The notes under the pieces: generated by a model
The model's input: only the letters and a program-made list of their open reading frames with translations
What the model was told of the DNA's origin: nothing
Databases searched by the model: none
Shown: piece after piece, positions 116,151 through 124,000 of the stretch
How positions within the stretch are numbered: position 1 is the stretch's first letter
Layout of the letters: every line of letters starts with the position of its first letter
Program-made: the position numbers and the translations under genes
DNA from: Octopus vulgaris
Taxonomy: Eukaryota
Direction: 5' to 3'
Length of the DNA: 124,000 bases
Assembly (NCBI GenBank): GCA_951406725.2
Contig: OX597825.1
Location: 14,900,001 to 15,024,000 of the forward strand

Positions 116151-116477
116151 AGGGTAATTAGATCTTTAGAGTACGGACTTTCTTTATTGTACTACTACTA
116201 CTACTACTAATACTAATACTACTACTAATACTAATACTACTACTACTACTAATGCTGCTGCTGCTGTTTTTGTTGTTAATCAACAAGAAGGGAAAGGGTG
116301 ATTAGGTGATGGTCCAGGGCTTAGGGGTGGGAGACCCCAGACCTTGGAAAAAAAACCTTTGGTCGTCTTGTTGTAGTCGAGGGTTTTTCGTTGACACCCT
116401 ACACCACTGGGAGGTGGCCCTCGAAGTCGCTGGAAATGGAGATCTCCAGGTCCAAAGTCTTCAACGGCTGCCGTTAA

Positions 116478-116538
<61 letters not shown>

Positions 116539-117220
116539 ACTGCTACTGTTACTACTAGTGTTACTGCTACTGCTGCTGCTGCTGCTGCTACTTAGGTAGA
116601 GGCCTTGGAATATCTCAAGAACGTCGGAGAAATACTTTCTTTCTACTTCATAATTTCTGACTTCACAAACCACTGGAGTCAACTCTACTCTTCTATTCTT
116701 CACTCCATGATCGATATAATAGATTACAAATGAAGACACGAGGCCAATGGTAGCGACTAAACCCCTGTTCTCAAAATCGCTGGTCTTCTGCCCCAATTAT
116801 CATCATCGGAATCTTCATAATTAATATCACTTTTATTATAGAACACATTGTAAGAATTAATTATTTCGTCACATCAACCCCGACTCTTGTGTACGATACT
116901 CACTTGTAACTAAACCGTGATTTATAATTCAAGTTTAGTTTTGCTGTTCACAGCTTTTTAATCAATATTCTTGAGTCATGATGCTAATCTTACCTACAGG
117001 AACCAAACCGAAATAGAATTTATTTATTCCTATCAGATTTATATATTTCGGATATTAGTAGCAGCCTAGGGAATGTTTAGTATTGTATGTAACACGTTAC
117101 ACAAGTTTATTGATGCAGACAAGACAAGAAAGAAAATATTGTGTAAAATTGCACATCGTAGTAGAAATAATAGATTATACGTCACGAAAAACACGACTTT
117201 CATTAAAATGTATGACTTTA

Positions 117221-117552
117221 TACGGTAAGGAAGACTTGGGTACTATAGGCCTGAATGTGAATCAAAGGTCCCCACGAGTCGAATTCACAATATTTACGGG
117301 ATATTATACGGTAAGGAAGACTGGGGTACTATAAGCCTGGTACTTATAGTACTGGGGTACTATAAGCCTGGTACTTACAGTACTGGGGTACTATAAGCCT
117401 GAATGTGAATCAAAAGTTCCCACGAGTCGAAATCACAATATTTACGGGAAATTTACGGGAGATTATACGGTAAGGAAGACTGGGGTACTATAAGCCTGAA
117501 TGTGAATCAAAGGTCCCCACGAGTCGAATTCACAATATTTACGGGAGATTAT
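117221..117552. repeat. Minisatellite: 86-bp unit x3, with nested 31-bp palindromic subunits in unit 2
   Basis: tacggtaaggaagactggggtactataagcctgaatgtgaatcaaaggtcccacgagtcgaattcacaatatttacgggagatta starts at 117221, 117307 and 117466. Confidence 0.95.
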
Positions 117553-118004
117553 GTTGCTTCACAGTCCTAGGATCAAATTATGAAGTTCATGGACTTATCA
117601 TTAGTACCATAGCCAATGGCGATAATCAGGTGTTGCCATCCCTGCAACAGCGTAACTAATATATCTCGACTATCAAATCTTTGTCGTCCAAACCTCTTGA
117701 AGCTCTCTTAGTATTTATTCGTATTTCCTCCAGGTCTTTTCCTTTTTTTTTTTTTTTGCTCGCTGACACAGAAAATATAATTATTATTAGCATTACCAAA
117801 GCAGCAAGCGAGCAGAATTATTGGCACGCCGTACAAAACATTTATCAGTATTTCGTCCGTTATGTATACAAATTCCGACGACATCAACTTAGCTTTTATC
117901 CTCTCAGTGTCTATAAACTAAGTAGCAGTCAAGTACTGGGGTTGATATAATCGACTTACACTATCACCTGTAATTGCCGGCATTGTGCCAAAGCAAAGCT
118001 GGAA

Positions 118005-118054
<50 letters not shown>

Positions 118055-118368
118055 CACTATTACTATACTACTACTACTACATCTAATACCACCACAACAC
118101 TACTACTACTACTACTACAATAACAATGATAGCAAGAATATCTAGGAAAGGGAAGACGAATTTGACATAGGAAAGAAAAACACCACTCACAAATCAACAA
118201 CGTCATACCAGATCATTAATAATATCTCTTGTACCATCCCATAAGCCATCATTACAAGCATATCCCAGGTCACACACACGACCCTTACATCTCATATCCC
118301 AATACCGGGAAAATTTACTCATCATTAACTACGCAGCAATAAAGACTAAATAGAGAGAACTTATTCAA

Positions 118369-118411
<43 letters not shown>

Positions 118412-118693
118412 ATACAGGCGTCTCACACACGCAGACACGAAGAAATAACATACCAACACACATAAACTCATCTTAACAACAAAAGACACATCGCCATTAA
118501 ATTTACATACCATGAAGGAATCGGGTCTTTCAGCAGAAATATTAGCAGACTATGAAAAACCGTTCGCGGGATCATCCACATACAACCATGGGCACAAACC
118601 AACCATCCCCACCCGCTCCACAAATTCACTGTTAGCAACCTACTCACAGGCAGGCAAATGGAGTGACAGATACAGAGACAGATAGACAGATAT

Positions 118694-118771
<78 letters not shown>

Positions 118772-119992
118772 CATCTTTCTCGTTAATATTCCCACATTAG
118801 GAATTTGGTAATGTTATGACTTCTACATTTGTTTCTAAAATTTTATTGCTTATTTTATTCAGATTCATAACAAAAAAGTTAATAATCAAGATATTTTGCA
118901 GGATATTTCGAACCATTTCCATCATACTGTGAACATGAATTTTCAGCAAATCTGACATTTGTAATTTGGGTGCTTCTTTCCAAACTACAAGAAATAAAAC
119001 ATCCTTGAAAGGAAATTTGACTTAATGATCTGCTATGAATTTTCAATGTGACTTCAATTACGGCAGATGTCGATGTCAAAATAATATCCGGAATTAATGG
119101 CGTTGGTGAAACCCTTTGACTAATCTTGCAGAAGGAGATGCATCATTATCACGTTCATTGATATTTCGGCATTATGCGATTGAGGGCCTGATATGTAAAG
119201 GGACTGAGGTCCTTTTATAAAAGGCCCTCCTCTATAATATTATGTAATGATATTTGCTATGCGGTGACATTTATTATGCAGTTGCATAAAAACCCACACA
119301 TCCAGATTCACTTGTCAGTTGCTGTCAACTTTCTATATCTCTTTAAATTGATTTTCGAAGATATATGCAATGTCCATCTTATTACCTTCATTCTCTTACT
119401 AAAAGAGATATTTAAGATTGATATTTTAAAGGCACTGCAAGTTCATCTTAATTTCATGATTTAAATATATCAGAAAATGAATTGAGTATCAAAATACTTT
119501 TTGAAACTTGACACATAAAGATCTTCACTTTTACACATGCATTCATGTTTTTTTTGTTTACTCAATCTGAAAATATATATAATTTTTTCCCATTGATTAC
119601 GTGAACATGTGAGGCAAATGAAGCATTAGTTTATGATAATGCTTTTTCTCTAACTAGTATTTAATTTCAGAACGAGACGTATTCAGTTCTCCGTTTTATT
119701 ACGCATTTTCAACTTGATTTATTCCCTTAAGTGTCATAAAAAGAGGTGCGTCATATTCATTTCATGCAGAGGTCATCTGAGTACTCACAAAAATTTGAGC
119801 CATCAAACAAGGCAATTCATTGCATCATGCCGCGCATCACTTCGTCGAGGTTAAAGTGTCCATGTATTTATAATGACAACATTCCATTCTATCTTACTTT
119901 AGTACATCTTTTTTTTTATCTCTCTCTCTCTCACACACACACACACACGCACACACACAAACACAGACACACACACACACCTACACACACCT

Positions 119993-120028
<36 letters not shown>

Positions 120029-120316
120029 CGATACCGGCACCAAGTTGACCATCAATACTTGTCCAGATCTAGTTGAGGCAAGACGTTATTATTGTAGTAG
120101 TTATTATTGTAGTACTACTGTAGTAGTTTTGTGACTATTCGGTGGCACATAAGCATTTTTCATTTCTCTTTTTAGCAATGTAGGTGCTCATGTAGTGCCC
120201 TTGTGAATGTCTGTGAATATCTAATTCTGTATGTATATATTTCACTAATTTGCCTCAACGGCTGATAATTCGCTTGCCACTCGTGACAGTATTTAGATAG
120301 TGTCATCCCTATATTG

Positions 120317-120347
<31 letters not shown>

Positions 120348-120406
120348 GGGGATGATCCGGTCCTTGACTGATGTTTTTTGCATCGTCTTCTAAATGTTTT
120401 GTCTTT

Positions 120407-120452
<46 letters not shown>

Positions 120453-121449
120453 TGAGGAAGAATGTGATATCTCATTCGTCTGTTTGAATTCGGAAGTACT
120501 GGTCTTTGAATATATGCTATTCGATGGCGTTTCGTCGAGCACGTATGTTAATTATCAGTGTTCTCAAAATATATACAAGGAACTTCTTTCAGTTTCCGTC
120601 TAACAAATACCCTCACAATGCTTTGGTGAGCCTGAACCCGGAACAATGTGGTAAGGAAGCAAGCTTCTTATCACATAGCCACGCCTGCGCCCATAGTCTG
120701 TTGGTTTAATTTACAAAAGTTGAGTGCCTTTAATCTCTTACTTCACTATAACATACAATTTATGCTAAATTTGATGAAGGTTCTAAAAAAAGAAACAAGG
120801 CTTTTATTTCTGCAACAACAGAAGGTACTTTATTACACTCACCGAATTACTTGCAATGCATAGAGGTTTGTATCTTAAAGGCATATGCATGAGAGAATTT
120901 CTAAGGACCAAGTGAGCCTGAACCAACACTTATTCATAATTTAATATACATTTTATCGTAGACATATTTGATCTTATTTATGAGCACATAGATTGCTTTT
121001 ACACTGGATATACAAGGAGAAACTGAGCAAATTAAATACTATGAAGGTTGGCACTTGGAAAATTACATAGAAAAGAAGCGGAATCAATCGATGGCGCTAG
121101 TTTTCCTTTGGGTAATTTTCGAAGGAGTGTGGCGATTGGTTGTTTAGCTTAAGGTCACAGGCTTTGATCAACTTCGTTTCTAATCAAATCATTCTGTGCT
121201 CACCCATCCCGTATATCCATCACACGTACTCAATCCAGTCTGATTATTCGAAAGCATCGTTCCACGTATTAAATTTGTAGAAACGTAGATATACATAAAC
121301 ATGAGTGTAGGTACATATATACACATAGACACATAGAGACGCAGACATACACAATCGCAGACACACACACATACATATATGTATATACATATATATAAAC
121401 ACACACACATATATAAATATAATATATAGATAGAAATATATTCATATAT

Positions 121450-121910
<461 letters not shown>

Positions 121911-122486
121911 ATGTGTGAGTGTATCTTTGTTATGTATATATTTGTACGTATGTTATGCACAATAGGATTTGGATGTTGAAAACACGGGGAATTATTCCCG
122001 CGTAATTTTTGCACAGCCTTGTGGTTTGTGCTTCACTATCCTTGAGTAAGAACTGGCATCCATAATTTCATTGTTGAGAAATCGCTGGAGACTGAAGCAC
122101 ACACTTTATCATGGCATCAGGTATAAATCCTTTTAGGCTGCTTTTGCCGTTACTAATTAAATGCTACGTCTTCATCGACCACACCAAAATGTCAAAAGCT
122201 GTTGATTCCGAAGATTGAAAATGTTTCTCTCTGGAGACTTGTTTTTGATTGATTGAATGTCAGACGTTATAATGAACCGCAGCGTGTTTGTTCCCGACCA
122301 GTCTTTGGACACTTGTTTGCCAAATATTTGTGATAGCATATGGGGCCCTTTCACGTCGTGATGTAATGTATATGTAAAGTATACTCATTAGTATGTCCTT
122401 CTTATTTGCCCTTTCACGTTTTGTTTTCGTTTCTCTCTCTCTTTTACTCTCTCTTTCTCTCTCACTCACTCTGTATTTCTCTCTCT

Positions 122487-122558
<72 letters not shown>

Positions 122559-122602
122559 TAGTCTCTAAAACACGCACTTTAAAGCATTCCTCTAAATATA
122601 TG

Positions 122603-122643
<41 letters not shown>

Positions 122644-123187
122644 CATCATCGTCGATCCATCTGCTTCTTTTCCGCTGGGAAACACTTCTAATGATTCGTT
122701 ATCATTGTTCTTATTGTTTAACCCGGATCAGCTCTGAGTGAGCAGGTTTATGGTCTTACACAGTCAAGCCTAGGCGCAGCCGTAGCTGTGTGTGTTAATA
122801 AGTTTGCTTCCAAACAACATGGTTCTGGGTTCATACCGACTAAGTGGCACCTTCGAAGAGGGCCTTCTACTATAGACGTGGGACGGTCAAAGCCTTGTAT
122901 GTGGACTTGTTGGACGGAAACTGAAAGAAGCCCGTTGTGTACATAAATACATGCATATAACGTTGCGTGGACAGGAGAAGCTGGTATGCATTTCGGCGCT
123001 TATAAGATCACAGATGTTTTTCTAATATGTATAAACTATTTAATCTATACAATATATTTAATCTGCCGCATACACTTACACGTTTTTGATCGATACTCGG
123101 CTACTGTGAAATTTTTACTCAATGTGTGTATACCCACACACAACACACACACATAAGCACACATACGCACACGGACACACACTCATG

Positions 123188-123227
<40 letters not shown>

Positions 123228-123294
123228 CCGACACAAACGTAGATAGAGATAGATAGACAGACACAGAGATAGATAAATAGATAGATAGATAGAC

Positions 123295-123361
<67 letters not shown>

Positions 123362-123410
123362 CAGACACAAACGCAGATAGAGATAGATAGACAGACACAG
123401 AGATAGATAA

Positions 123411-123481
<71 letters not shown>

Positions 123482-123624
123482 TTCCAGCGTTCATGAAATT
123501 ATTATTATAAGCCCCATCAAGGGGCAGGGTAGTATGAACTCCAAGTATTGCAATGTTCATTCTTCTGAACTTTTCCAAATGTTCAAGAGATATATTTGTT
123601 CGTGTTATTGTATTTTTAAAATAA

Positions 123625-123682
<58 letters not shown>

Positions 123683-124000
123683 ATTATTATTTTGTCTTGG
123701 TATAATTCAAGGAATTTCGTCATTCTAACCGAGAACATTCCATACTGAGAATGTCAGATGCATATTTGTGTGTGTGTGTGTTATGTGTGTGTATATGTGT
123801 GCGTGTGCGAGCGCTCATTCTGCGTATACATAGGGAGAGTGTGTTTGTGTGCCTATTCGACCGGTTAGAGAGTTGCACTCATTACTGCGACATCGTTGGC
123901 TTCAGTTCCAGTATTCGGAGATGGTTGTGAGTAAAACGCCTCGGGTCACGTTGCTCCGCGATCACCTCGACCCATGTCATATGGTACACCGTACAGTTTT

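Noticed and set aside
117221-117552. CRISPR-like repeat array
   Set aside because: The units are contiguous with no unique spacers, there are no cas genes, and the context is eukaryotic.
118879-119150. ~88-codon minus-strand open frame (…QYDGNGSKYPAKYLDY)
   Set aside because: No family recognised and no convincing splice sites; length is within chance expectation for 124 kb.

Overview
AT-rich, non-coding eukaryotic DNA with very dense microsatellites. The SINE repertoire and composition point to a coleoid cephalopod, most likely Octopus; this is an inference, not a database match. I could not confidently identify any intact host protein-coding gene, tRNA, rRNA or CRISPR array. Nearly all supplied ORFs are translations of microsatellites or SINEs. 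The interpretable content is mobile DNA: (1) dozens of tRNA-derived SINEs of several modular families, many with target-site duplications (TSDs), some as tandem multimers or nested insertions; (2) four decayed R4/Dong-clade (RLE) LINE fragments; (3) a decayed Helitron Rep region; (4) several mariner remnants and MITEs; (5) Penelope-like (PLE) GIY-YIG remnants. The most interesting signal is a set of type-I hammerhead-ribozyme (HHR) motifs. One has an intact catalytic core (1639-1720, minus) downstream of a PLE endonuclease remnant. Several short non-autonomous repeat families carry minimal HHR-like folds with altered cores (CUGUUGA/CUGUGGA, CCGACGA), and one pair lies on the two arms of an inverted repeat. 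A second recurrent pattern is long near-perfect hairpins, several centred exactly on microsatellites. Element boundaries were read by eye and are approximate (about +/-10-30 bp) unless a TSD or TIR fixes them.
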